The position numbers and the translations under genes are program-made. The notes below the pieces were generated by a model. The model was not told the DNA's origin. It saw only the letters and a list, made by a program, of their open reading frames with translations, and ran no database searches. Of a DNA stretch of 64,000 nucleotides, positions 49,271 through 61,098 are shown in pieces (position 1 is the stretch's first letter; each line of letters opens with the position of its first letter). Source of the DNA: an uncultured delta proteobacterium (GTDB lineage: Bacteria; Myxococcota_A; Polyangia; Polyangiales; Houyiibacteriaceae); assembly GCA_963716775.1 (NCBI GenBank), contig CAVQUI010000005.1:65127-129126 (forward strand), in the 5' to 3' direction.

Positions 49271-51295
49271 ATGATAAAGCAAAAGACCATTCTGCAAATC
49301 GCCTTGCTCGGCCTCTTCCTCGCCAGCAGCGCGACGGTTGCTGCCGTGGGCACCCAGAGCTTCCTGCTCGACGGTGCCGAAAGCTTCTTCAGTGGCGAGC
49401 TCGACGGTGCGGCGGTCGATTCCAACGGTTCGGTCCGGGCCGGCGCGGCCACTGAGCGGACTGCGCTCGAAAACGTGCCTCTAGCCTACAGCGTAGCCCA
49501 ACGGCGGGATGCGACGTTCATCGGAACCGGGACCGATGGCACCGTCTACCGCGTCGATGGCAAGAAGACCACGGCCTTCGCCAAGACCGGTGAGCTCCTC
49601 GTCTCGGCCCTGGCATTCGGCAACGACGGCGCCCTCTATGCGGGCACCCTGCCGAACGGCCGCATTTACCGCATCGACCCGAAGTCCGGGACGATGAAGC
49701 TCTTCTCGAGTCCCGAAGGCGCCAAACACATTTGGGCACTTCACTACGACGAGAAGCGCATGCGATTGATCGCGGGAACCGGCCCCGAAGGAAAGTTGTT
49801 CGCGATCGATCCAATCGGTCGCCCGAGCGAGCTCCACAAAGCGGAGGCCTCGCACATCATGTCGCTCTCCGGCGACGGCAAAGGCACGATCTACGCCGGC
49901 ACCAGTGACACTGGGCTGGTCCTGCGGATCCTGCCGAACGACAAGGCCAATGTCGTGCATGACTTTCCCGGAAACGAAGTCACCGCCATCGACTTCTACG
50001 AGGGGCAGCTCGCCGTCGCGTCGAACACATTCAAGACCGCTCCGGGAACCCAGTTCAAGCCGTCGGGCGCAAAAGGCCCGGTTCCTGCGGCTCCGGCAAC
50101 CCGCCCGCGCCCCGGATCTGGGCAGGTTTGGCGCGTCGACGCTGATGGGCGCGCTGAGATGCTGGTCAGCCGGAAAGACACTCACTTCACTGCGATTCAG
50201 TGGGGCCCGGACGGCGCGATCTACGCAGGCGGCGGACACGAAGGCCGCATCCTGCGGGTCGATGCCGACGCGAGCTATTCGATCTGGGTCGATGTCGAAG
50301 AGCGGCAGGTCCTCGCACTGGACCTCCGGGCCAAGACCCCTTCTTTCGTCACTGGTGACGGCGCGGCGCTGTACCGCGTGAAACCGTCCAAGCGGAGTGA
50401 CGCGATCTGGACGAGCAAGGCACTCGACGCGAGCTTCCAATCGAGCTGGGGCCGCCTAACCTGGCGAGGCCAAGGTCGTTTTGTGTTCCAAACTCGCTCG
50501 GGCAACACCCAAGAGCCCGGAGATACCTGGAGTGCTTGGTCGAAGGACCTCAAGCAACCAGGCCTGGTCACGAGCCCGGCAGGCCGCTTCATCCAGGTCC
50601 GCGCAAAGCTCCCGAAGGACGATTCCGCGATTCTTCGCGCGGTGCAGCTCTTCTATCTGCCGCAGAACCAGCGGGCACGTGTCGCCAACGTGCAAGGCAG
50701 CAGACCCCCGCCCAAGCGGGGCGAATCGCCGCGACAACCACCGCCTGCGACGACGCTGCTCAACCTGACCTGGAACGTCGACAACGTCGATAAGGACTCC
50801 TTGCGCTACCGCATCGCGTATCGCGAAGAAAGCCAAGCGACCTGGCGCGACATGTTCGCCGAGGACAGCGTGCTGACCGAGGCGAAGTACACCTGGGACA
50901 CCGGCAGCATTCCGGACGGGCACTACCTGGTGCGGGTCGAGGCCTCTGACGAACAATCGAATCCGGAGAAGCAGACCTTGCGTTCGAGCGCGACCTCGGA
51001 GCCGATCGCGGTCGACAACCACCCGCCGCGGATCGAACGGCTCAAGGTTCGCAAAGGAGCGGTGCTCGGCCGTGTCGTGGACGAGCTGGGACCGATCGCG
51101 CGAATTCAGATCGCGGTCGACGCGGGCCCCTGGCGCGACGTCTTTCCCAGCGACTCGCTTCTCGACAGCCCGAACGAGCGCTTCGAGGTCCCCCTTGGCG
51201 AGATTTCGACCGATAGCCATATCATCGCGGTTCGGGCCTTCGATGCCTCGGGCAACCAGGCGAACCGTGAAATCACTGCAAAAGCAGGTAGATAG
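49271..51295 (+). CDS. Secreted beta-propeller repeat protein with C-terminal Ig/FN3-like beta-sandwich region
   Basis: ATG 7 nt after the S55 stop. Signal peptide MIKQKTILQIALLGLFLASSATVAA. Recurrent blade-like G..G.IY/LYAGT.. motifs. C-terminal DGHYLVRVEASD..., AVRAFDASGN. Confidence 0.55.
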   Translation: MIKQKTILQIALLGLFLASSATVAAVGTQSFLLDGAESFFSGELDGAAVDSNGSVRAGAATERTALENVPLAYSVAQRRDATFIGTGTDGTVYRVDGKKTTAFAKTGELLVSALAFGNDGALYAGTLPNGRIYRIDPKSGTMKLFSSPEGAKHIWALHYDEKRMRLIAGTGPEGKLFAIDPIGRPSELHKAEASHIMSLSGDGKGTIYAGTSDTGLVLRILPNDKANVVHDFPGNEVTAIDFYEGQLAVASNTFKTAPGTQFKPSGAKGPVPAAPATRPRPGSGQVWRVDADGRAEMLVSRKDTHFTAIQWGPDGAIYAGGGHEGRILRVDADASYSIWVDVEERQVLALDLRAKTPSFVTGDGAALYRVKPSKRSDAIWTSKALDASFQSSWGRLTWRGQGRFVFQTRSGNTQEPGDTWSAWSKDLKQPGLVTSPAGRFIQVRAKLPKDDSAILRAVQLFYLPQNQRARVANVQGSRPPPKRGESPRQPPPATTLLNLTWNVDNVDKDSLRYRIAYREESQATWRDMFAEDSVLTEAKYTWDTGSIPDGHYLVRVEASDEQSNPEKQTLRSSATSEPIAVDNHPPRIERLKVRKGAVLGRVVDELGPIARIQIAVDAGPWRDVFPSDSLLDSPNERFEVPLGEISTDSHIIAVRAFDASGNQANREITAKAGR

Positions 51296-51301
51296 GGCCT
51301 C

Positions 51302-51350
51302 GGCGCCGACAGGCTCGAAATCGCCGCGAAATTGAGAGCCTGACGCCGCC
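51302..51350 (+). terminator. Possible stem-loop terminator after the propeller gene (no clear U-tract)
   Basis: ggcgccgacaggctc (51302-51316) pairs with gagagcctgacgccgcc (51334-51350), 13/15 complementary, with a 17-nt loop. Confidence 0.3.
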
Positions 51351-51482
51351 CTTCCTTATCTGATAGCCTGTTCTCTTCCTTTATTTCACTTGGTTGTAGA
51401 TCCGGGGGAACTCGTGGTAAACACGCGCACGCAAAAGGGGCGACGTGGTGCCGGAATATCCCGGACCTAAGGAGAAGAACGT

Positions 51483-52415
51483 ATGAAGATCAGCAAACTA
51501 GCTTTAATCGCACTGCTCGGCGGTGCACTCATGTCCTTCGGGTGCAGCGATGATAGCGTCGGCGAACCCGTCGGCGGCAGCGGCGGCAACGGCGGCGGCG
51601 GCGGCACCGGCGGTGCCCCGCTCGCATGCCTCGAGCTCGAACCGACCTGCATGAACGGCGACATTGGTCCGACCGACGAGAACTGCGAACCGGCGCTTGC
51701 GGCTCCGCCAGAGGCTGATGACTGCACCGGCGACGAGAGCCTCGTGAATCCCGCAAGCTGCGCGGCCGGTGAAACGACCGTGACGATCGATCATCACTCA
51801 GCTCGAGGTCCTCGGCGACTGCAACGTCGGCTACGACCTCGACGGTTGTGCAGGCAATACCTGCGAGCTTGGTGGCCTTGCACCGGGTGAAGGCATGGAC
51901 GGCGTGGACAACGCACTTGCTGGCTTGGCGCCAGTCCTCTCGGGCGTCGACGGCAACCTCGACGGCGTGAACCAGGCATTCTACGATGGCATCTGCGCAG
52001 GTGACATCGCGACTCGCTTTGCGGGTGAACGCGAACGCAGCAGAGAACTGCGCAACCGTCGAAGTCCTCTCCGACGGTGTGGCAGGCGACCCGATCTTCA
52101 TGAACCTCAGCGAGGCTGGCTGCATCAGCGGCGACGGTCGGAGCCATTCCGCTCAACGTGGCTGGCAACTCGGGCTCGATGAACAACGCGATCATTCGCG
52201 CTACCCTTTCCGAGGGCGGCCTGTCCAGTGGCGCTCTTGGCGCGACGGTCGACGAGGCCACCGCGGTGAACATTGCTGACGCTCTTCTCGAGGGCGGCGG
52301 CGCTGTCGTCGGCCAGGTCCTCGACATCAACGATGACCTCTCGGGCGACATCGACACGGCCTGCAACGCGCTTTCGGTGACCCTCACCGTGGGCGGCGTA
52401 GTAGCTCCCGAGTAA
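51483..52415 (+). pseudogene. Cys-rich lipoprotein of unknown function; three +1 frame breaks (~51790, ~52020, ~52130)
   Basis: AAGGAGAAG RBS. MKISKLALIALLGGALMSFGCSDD carries a lipobox, followed by a Gly-rich linker. The peptide continues across frames: ..IITQLEVLGDCNVGYDLDGCAGNTCELGG..., ..LRVNANAAENCATVEVLSDGVAGDPIFMNLSEAGCISG.., ..TVGAIPLNVAGNSGSMNNAIIRATLSEGG...LTVGGVVAPE. Net length is 3n. Confidence 0.45.
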
Positions 52416-52438
52416 TCCGATAGTCGGATAAGACGAGC

Positions 52439-52477
52439 AAAGGCCGGCGCCTCGGGGCGTCGGCCTTTTCTTTTTGT
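52439..52477 (+). terminator. Rho-independent terminator
   Basis: 13-bp GC-rich stem aaaggccggcgcc / ggcgtcggccttt (one G-U pair), tetraloop tcgg, followed by tctttttgt. Confidence 0.7.
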
Positions 52478-52490
52478 CTGCCTTGTCCAG

Positions 52491-53543
52491 CTAGGGCTTG
52501 TTGAATCGACCGACTTTGAGCCGATGCATGACCGCGAGCTTCTGGCGCTCCTTGTAGGCCCGGTGGCTGGCGTCGCCCGCTTCATTGCTCTCGTCGGTCG
52601 CTCGATCCAGCACCTGGAACTCCGTCTGCACGAAGATCGTGTGACCCAGCTCCGAAATTGCCGGCGGCGCGGCCGCTAGGACCTTGTCCGGGACGCGAAC
52701 CGGAACGTCGGCCACGAAGTGCACGACGCGATAGCTTGGCGCCGTGAAGCGATTGTCGATCGGCGAAAGCCCATCCTCCAAATCGAGCGGCAGTTGCAGC
52801 TTGGGGATGTGCTTCGCAAGCGCCGGCTCCGCGCGGCAGTACTGATGGAATCGAGCCAGCGTGTTCGTCGACTGCCCCGGAATGACGAAGTTGAAAGGCA
52901 CGATGCTGCGCTGGACGTAGTTCAGAACGGGAAAGATGTCGCGTGAGCTTCGGGTCACGATGCGGAAACGCACCTTGTCATAGATCTGCGAAGCGCTGAC
53001 CTCGGGCTTGGACAAGAGCTTGGTGTAGAGCGAATCCTTGTTCTTGCGTCCGCCGATGAACTCCAGGATCGGGAAGTCCTTCGCCAGTGCCGCGGCCATC
53101 ACGTGGTAGACCTTCTGCTCCACCCATTGAAACACTTCTTCGTCCGCCGTCGGCAGCAGGAACAGGAGCTCCCGAGCCTCGAGGTGATGAATGATGTGCA
53201 TCACCTTCAGAATTGCGCAGGCACAGATCTGCCGATGCCCTTTCGAGGACGCGAGCATCAAGAGGCTCACCAAGTCCTTCTTGGCCACGGGCTTTGGAAT
53301 CGGAAAATCGAAGTGACGGCGCAGGTAGTCGATCGCCGCCTCCTTCACTTGGAGCACCCGAGCTTCATCGCCCGGGTCAGTCGGGTCGATCTCCTGCGCC
53401 CGAACGAAGTCTTCCGCTTCCTCCTCGTCGGCGAAGTTGAGGCGGTGCCAGTCGACTACCGAGCCTCCGCGCAAGAGGATCCGAATCCCCTCGAGGTCGG
53501 CCAGGGTGAAATCGTCGAGACTGCGGAGCTCCGGTACTGGCAC
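52491..53543 (-). CDS. RelA/SpoT-domain (alarmone-synthetase-like) nucleotidyltransferase family protein with N-terminal extension
   Basis: Five RSH synthetase-like motifs occur in order: GRKNKDSLYTKLLSK, DKVRFRIVT, SYRVVHFVADV, FVQTEFQVLD, SHRAYKERQ. The preferred start is GTG 53543 (GGAG 12 nt upstream). The ORF-track start at 53675 adds an Arg/Trp-rich, low-GC3 extension. Confidence 0.55.
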   Translation of the reverse strand: MPVPELRSLDDFTLADLEGIRILLRGGSVVDWHRLNFADEEEAEDFVRAQEIDPTDPGDEARVLQVKEAAIDYLRRHFDFPIPKPVAKKDLVSLLMLASSKGHRQICACAILKVMHIIHHLEARELLFLLPTADEEVFQWVEQKVYHVMAAALAKDFPILEFIGGRKNKDSLYTKLLSKPEVSASQIYDKVRFRIVTRSSRDIFPVLNYVQRSIVPFNFVIPGQSTNTLARFHQYCRAEPALAKHIPKLQLPLDLEDGLSPIDNRFTAPSYRVVHFVADVPVRVPDKVLAAAPPAISELGHTIFVQTEFQVLDRATDESNEAGDASHRAYKERQKLAVMHRLKVGRFNKP

Positions 53544-53545
53544 GG

Positions 53546-53695
53546 CTAGGGAGACCGCTCCAGCAGGATGGTACCAACGAAAATACCGACGCTGACCAGC
53601 AATACGATCGTGTTGAACGCGAGTCCGCCATGACAGCCGCCGATGGCAGTCAGTCCGAGCAGCCCTGCTCCCCATATCGATCTACGTCCCACCAT
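53546..53695 (-). CDS. Candidate 49-aa two-helix membrane micro-protein (below the ORF-track size cut-off)
   Basis: ATG 53695 to TAG 53546 encodes MVGRRSIWGAGLLGLTAIGGCHGGLAFNTIVLLVSVGIFVGTILLERSP. It ends 2 nt before GTG 53543 of the next gene. By my count GC3 is 32/49, against 23/45 for the overlapping alternative frame. The SD is weak. Confidence 0.3.
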   Translation of the reverse strand: MVGRRSIWGAGLLGLTAIGGCHGGLAFNTIVLLVSVGIFVGTILLERSP

Positions 53696-53795
53696 CTCGG
53701 GCGCCGGTTTGATACCAGCCGACCGCCGATGGCGCTAGTGGATTGCGCAGGGTCATTGCTGGTAGCGTAGATCTCGAATATCGTTGGCAAAACCA

Positions 53796-56159
<2,364 letters not shown>

Positions 56160-56162
56160 CCC

Positions 56163-58452
56163 GTGGCTGGCTCATTCATCTTCAGGTTGAGCGCTGCCTT
56201 TGCGGCCGTCGTCGGCATCGTGCTCGCGTTCATTCCACTGCTCGCGGTGCACGGGGTGGAGAGCGCCCTGTGCCTCGGCCTGCTCCTGCCGCCATGGGTG
56301 GCGGCCACCGCAGCGAGCTACACCGAGCGCCACCGGGGCGTCCGCGGCATCGATCTCATACTTCGAACGATCGGCATGGGCTTGCTGATCTGGTTGATCC
56401 CCGTACTGCTGCTCGCGCTGAGCTCGCTACGGGTGCGGCAATGCGCACCAGCCGAAGGTTTTGCCTTCATGGTACTCGGACCGGCGCTCGGCTGCGCGCT
56501 CGCGGCCTGCCTGGGCGTCTGGGTCGCCGGGGCCACGAGCTGGCCGCGTCTCTCTCCGTGGCTGGCAGCCGCGATCCCGCTCGGCTCGGCGCTACTTGGA
56601 CTCTGGGCATTCTACTCGACCCCCGCCGTCTACGTTTTTGGGGCGTTTGCAGGCTATTTCCCTGGGGCGATCTACGACGACCTCGTTCAGATCCCGACCC
56701 GATACCTCACGTACCGAGCCACGATCTTCGTGGCGCTCGTCGCACTCGGCGTTCTGTTCGATGCGCTCTGGGACGGATCGACTTGGCAGGCTCGACCTCC
56801 GCGGCCGGGGACGCGCGCACCTCGGTGCGATCGCGGCCTGCGCCGGGGCATTGGGGGTCGTAGCTGCGGCGTACTGGCAAGGGGAGCAACTCGGACACCG
56901 GGTGAGCGAGGAGTATCTGATCGAGCGCCTTGGAAAGACAGAGCAAGGGCGGCACTGCATCGTGCACATGCCGCGCGAGACGCTCCCCGAGGATGCCCGT
57001 CGCATGCTCGAAGACTGCGACTTTCACGTCGAACGCATACGAACTCTCGTCGGCCTGTCGTCGAGCGAGCCGGTGACCGCTTACATCTTCCGGAACCAGA
57101 GCGAAAAGAAGGATCTCATCGGCGTCGGACGCACGTTGATCGCCAAGCCTTGGCGAGAGGAAGTCTATCTACAGGCATCGCACTGGCCACATCCGGTGCT
57201 CGGACACGAGCTGGTGCACGTGGCGCTCGCGGAGGCGGGGCGCGGACCTTTCGCCATATCGGGCACCTTGGGCGGCCTGATTCCGAACCCGGGCATCGTC
57301 GAAGGTGCGGCAGTAGCCCTCGCCTGGGATCTTCGCGAGGACCTCGATCCGGACCAATGGTCGAAGATCATGATGGACCGGGGTGAGCTTCCATCCGCAG
57401 ACGAGGTCATGAGCGTTCGCTTCACCGCACTGCCGGCGCGGCGCGCGTACATGGCCGCGGGCTCGATGGTTCGCTTCCTGATTGCGAGCCGCGGGATGCA
57501 GGGGCTCGTCGAAACCTATCGTCGCGGCACCGTCGAGGACTTGGCTGAGCTCGAAGCTCAGTGGCGCGCGTATCTCGCGGAGATCCCGGTGAGCGCGCAG
57601 GAGCTGGGTGTGGCCGAGGTCGAGCTGGCCAGACCGAGCATCTTCTCGGCGGTGTGCCCCCACGAGCTTGCCAAGCTCCGAACCGACTTGGCAGGCGATG
57701 CAGCCGCACGAGACGACCTGCGCACGATCGAGACCTGCCGCGCCATCCTCGACATCGACGAGCGGGATGCCCAGGCTCGAGCCTCCCTGGTAGGCGCCCT
57801 CGCTCGCAACGGGCAGGACTCGGAGGCGCTGGCCACACTCGACGCGCTTCGGGCTGCAATGAACGCGCCCAAGCCGATCGTGGCGGCCGCTCTCGAGCAA
57901 TATGCCGATGCAAGCTGGACCCTCGGCAAGCTGGAGGAGGCCACAGCTCTGTACGAAGAGCTGCTGGCGATTCCCCGCACCGACGGTGCCGCGCGCCAGA
58001 GCGAAGTGAAGAAGCTTGCCCTCGAAACCGACGACGCGGAACGCAAGCTGATCTACGAAATGCTCATCGAGCGATCGCCGAGCCCTGTCGTGGTTCACTT
58101 GGCACAGGCGCTGGCCTCGATTCGCGATGACGGCCTCGGGCAGTATCTCGAAGCGCGACAGCTGATGGGACGGAACCGCTACGCGCTGGCGCTGCCACTT
58201 CTCCAGGACGCGAAACGCCTCGGACTGCCGAGTCTACGCCTGGAGCGTGAGCTGAGCCGCCTCTTGGGGATGACGTTCTTTGCACTCGCTCGCTACGGCG
58301 AATCCGCCGCCGCATGGCGAGAACGAACTGCGATCAGCCGCGCTGCCCATGCGGAGGCGCAGCGCTGGCTGGAACGCATCGACTACGCGCAGACGCAAGC
58401 CGTCAGTCCGGCGTTGCCAGGTCCATCGTCGGCTCCCCAAGCTGCGCCTTGA
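56163..58452 (+). pseudogene. Polytopic membrane protein with MA-clan (HExxH...E) peptidase-like domain and TPR-like helical C-terminal region; one frame break near 56760-56800
   Basis: GTG 3 nt after the lon stop. ~7-8 hydrophobic helices in 56163-56780. The frame then shifts into ORF 56461-58452, which contains PVLGHELVHVALAE and NPGIVEGAAVALAW (Peptidase_MA_2-like). A long Ala/Leu/Arg-rich helical repeat region follows. Length is 3n+1. Confidence 0.6.
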
Positions 58453-59269
58453 TGTGGGCCGCGATCGAACAATCGGCAGTGACGATCGGATCGCCCTCGG
58501 CCTTGGCCGATTCCACCTTGGGACCGATCTGGCTGCGCACCGTGATCAAGCGGCCTCGGTTCTCCGTGCGTGAGCGCAAGACGAGCTTGTCCTGCGCGAG
58601 GTCCCAGAGGAACACGTCGACCGGATCCTGCAGCCGACTCTTGCCCTGCACCAGCAGAAGCAGGAAGTAGTCCACGGGCAGCCGCTCCTGCAGTGCCGGG
58701 AGCTCGCGTTCGATCGCCCGAGCCAGCTGCTCCTCCCGAACGGAGAGCCGCTGCATGTCGTTGGTATCGTGGATGCGTTCGAGCCATTTGGCGGTCAGGA
58801 CTTCGGGCACCTCCGAAAGCGCCGACAGGGGCGTCAGCTCCAAGCCGAGACAAGGACCGATCGCGTCCTGCTCCTCCGATTGGATGGCCGCGCGCAGGGC
58901 CTCCTCGGAACCGAGCTCCGGCGCGCGGACCTTGAGGTAGACGACCGTCTCCTCATGCAGCGCCGAAAGGGGGACCTGGGCCTCCACCAGGCGCTTTGCG
59001 GCCCCGGATTTCGCGTCGAGCGCCTTCTTTTCGAGGCCGGCGCGAGTGGTATCGAGCTGGTCGAGAATGGGTGCGACCTCTTCGGCATGCTGCGCCTGAA
59101 TGCGGTCTCTGAGCTCGTCAGCCCGGACCTTCTGGCGCCAGAAGTACGCCCCGGCGAATAGCGCTGCCAGTAAAACGACAAAACCGACACGCGCCCACGG
59201 AATCCGTGGCCGGTATCGGTTTGTGCGAACGCCGTCGAACTCGGCAGGAGTGAGCTCTGACGGCTCCAT
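58403..59269 (-). CDS. Hypothetical N-terminally anchored (single TM) protein, fourth gene of the ExbB-ExbD-ExbD operon
   Basis: Intact 288 aa. TM helix VGFVVLLAALFAGAYFW, then a coiled-coil-like region. No Pro-rich spacer or TonB C-terminal pattern recognised. Lies 23 nt downstream of exbD. Confidence 0.5.
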   Translation of the reverse strand: MEPSELTPAEFDGVRTNRYRPRIPWARVGFVVLLAALFAGAYFWRQKVRADELRDRIQAQHAEEVAPILDQLDTTRAGLEKKALDAKSGAAKRLVEAQVPLSALHEETVVYLKVRAPELGSEEALRAAIQSEEQDAIGPCLGLELTPLSALSEVPEVLTAKWLERIHDTNDMQRLSVREEQLARAIERELPALQERLPVDYFLLLLVQGKSRLQDPVDVFLWDLAQDKLVLRSRTENRGRLITVRSQIGPKVESAKAEGDPIVTADCSIAAHIKAQLGEPTMDLATPD

Positions 59270-59292
59270 GGTCGAAGCTTACTGGAAGTTGC

Positions 59293-59826
59293 TTACTCGC
59301 GCTGGTTCACGGCAAAGCTGACGTTGCCGTAGCCCGCAGCGGCAGCCGAGAACATGACCTTCTTGACGACTCGGAAGTCGATGTTGCGGTCCGCCTGCAC
59401 GATGACTTGGCCTGCGAACGGCTCCGAAGGATGAATCGTCTCCCACTTTCGCTTCTCGGTCTCGAGGCCTGCGATGAGCGGCTCGATGCGATCGACCTGT
59501 GCGGACTGCCCCTGGGTCTGTGTATCGGCAACCCGGGTGCCGTCCAGCGTGATCACGCGCTCGTCGACCGCGATGATCGGCGAGATCTCGATCTGCTGGG
59601 TGTTCTTTGCGTCCGGCATCGTGATGGTCGGCTGCTGCGCGACCAGCTCGCCCGATGCCGAGAACGACATGAGCAGGAAGATCACGAGCACGATCAGAAA
59701 GTCGATGAACGGAATCAGCGGAATCTGGTGGTCCACCGACTTGCGGGCATGACCGGATACCCGGTCGCGAACGAATTTCAGCGGAATGTGACGGAGCAGC
59801 TCTGGTTCTGGCCGTTTGATCGCCAT
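59293..59826 (-). CDS. ExbD/TolR family protein
   Basis: IPLIPFIDFLIVLVIFLL: TM helix with the conserved Asp. Periplasmic domain ..VIVQADRNIDFRVVKKVM.. Confidence 0.8.
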   Translation of the reverse strand: MAIKRPEPELLRHIPLKFVRDRVSGHARKSVDHQIPLIPFIDFLIVLVIFLLMSFSASGELVAQQPTITMPDAKNTQQIEISPIIAVDERVITLDGTRVADTQTQGQSAQVDRIEPLIAGLETEKRKWETIHPSEPFAGQVIVQADRNIDFRVVKKVMFSAAAAGYGNVSFAVNQRE

Positions 59827-59835
59827 GGTTACCCC

Positions 59836-60327
59836 CTACAGGAACGCAGCTCCGTCGGCCATGGACAGGGTGGTGAAGCCTGCCGCTGACGCGATATCCA
59901 TTGCACGAATGACGTCCTCGTAGCGGACGCCGTCCTCGGGCGCGACAATCATGTCGTCACGGTCGTCCCAGGCCTGCTTCCACTGGCCCAGCTTGGTTTG
60001 CAGCTCGTCGAGGTCGAACTCCTTCTGGTCCGCCACGACGCGCTTGCTGATGTCGATGCTCTCCCCGGCCGAGGACCCCAGCACGTAGCCGGAGTTCCGA
60101 ACCTGCAGGATGAGCTTCACTTTTTCGTCCTCTGGCGGAGCGTCTTCGGTAGAAGCCTGCCCCGGGACCTGCTGATTGGCATTCACTGCGGCGAGCTGGT
60201 TCCAAACCGCGGTGGCCAACAAGAACATGACGCAGCAGAGCAGAAGGTCGATGAACGGAATCAGGGGGATCTCCTGATTGACCGCCTTCTTCCCGGAGTT
60301 TCCTCCGCCACTATCGATTGCAGCCAT
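59836..60327 (-). CDS. ExbD/TolR family protein
   Basis: IPLIPFIDLLLCCVMFLL: TM helix with the conserved Asp. ..MIVAPEDGVRYEDVIRAMD.. Confidence 0.8.
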   Translation of the reverse strand: MAAIDSGGGNSGKKAVNQEIPLIPFIDLLLCCVMFLLATAVWNQLAAVNANQQVPGQASTEDAPPEDEKVKLILQVRNSGYVLGSSAGESIDISKRVVADQKEFDLDELQTKLGQWKQAWDDRDDMIVAPEDGVRYEDVIRAMDIASAAGFTTLSMADGAAFL

Positions 60328-60335
60328 TGGGCTCG

Positions 60336-60986
60336 TTACTCCGCGGGAATGTTCTGAAGGTCGACCTTCGAGCGGTTGCCTACGACCAGATTGAGAACCT
60401 GGACGGTGGCAGCGTTGATGTCGTCGATGATCTTCTGAGTCTTGCCGTTGAGAAGGCCCATCATCAGAAGCGCAAAGACCGCGGTGATGAGACCGAACGC
60501 GGTGCAGTTCATGGCTTCCTCGATGCCCTTTGCCAGGCCGGTTGCCTTGCTGGCAGCATCGGCCTTGGCGACCTCACCGAATGCGGTGATGAGACCAACG
60601 ACCGTTCCGAACAGACCACAAAGCATTCCGACGTTTGCCAGCAGACCCAAGTACGGTGTGCGACGTTCGATCAGCGGCAGCTCTTTCAGCGCAGCCTCGT
60701 CCATGGCCGCTTGAACCTCGGCATCAGGTCGGTTCACCTTGAGCAAACCCTGCTTGACGATGCGCGCCAGCGGGTTGTGCTCGGCCGAGCAGACCTTGAT
60801 CGCACCCGCCACGTCTCCGGCGGTGATGCACTTCTGCATCTTTGCGATGAACTCGTCCTTGTCGATCGAGGCTTTGTAGAGATACATCGCGCGCTCGATC
60901 GTGAACCCGATTGCAAACACGAGACAGACGAGGATCAGCCACATCGCCCATCCGCCTGCTTCAAAGTGGTACGCCAATTTGGCCAT
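60336..60986 (-). CDS. MotA/TolQ/ExbB family proton channel
   Basis: Three TM segments. LGLLANVGMLCGLFGTVVGLITAF and GIEEAMNCTAFGLITAV are typical of the family. Confidence 0.85.
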   Translation of the reverse strand: MAKLAYHFEAGGWAMWLILVCLVFAIGFTIERAMYLYKASIDKDEFIAKMQKCITAGDVAGAIKVCSAEHNPLARIVKQGLLKVNRPDAEVQAAMDEAALKELPLIERRTPYLGLLANVGMLCGLFGTVVGLITAFGEVAKADAASKATGLAKGIEEAMNCTAFGLITAVFALLMMGLLNGKTQKIIDDINAATVQVLNLVVGNRSKVDLQNIPAE

Positions 60987-61098
60987 CTTTTCCTGCCTCC
61001 TGCGAACTTTACTTCGACAGTGTTATCCGGACCCCGAGTGAGTACGGTTCGATCCCCATCACTGTCTTCTGACTAAAACTCGCTGTTCCCCCCAGAAC

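Noticed and set aside
58403-58452. A 50-bp convergent overlap between the 3' ends of the MA-peptidase-like gene and the 288-aa gene.
   Set aside because: This is probably a consequence of late stop codons in GC-rich sequence, or of an undetected frame error near one 3' end. No additional signal was seen, so it is not enough for a finding.
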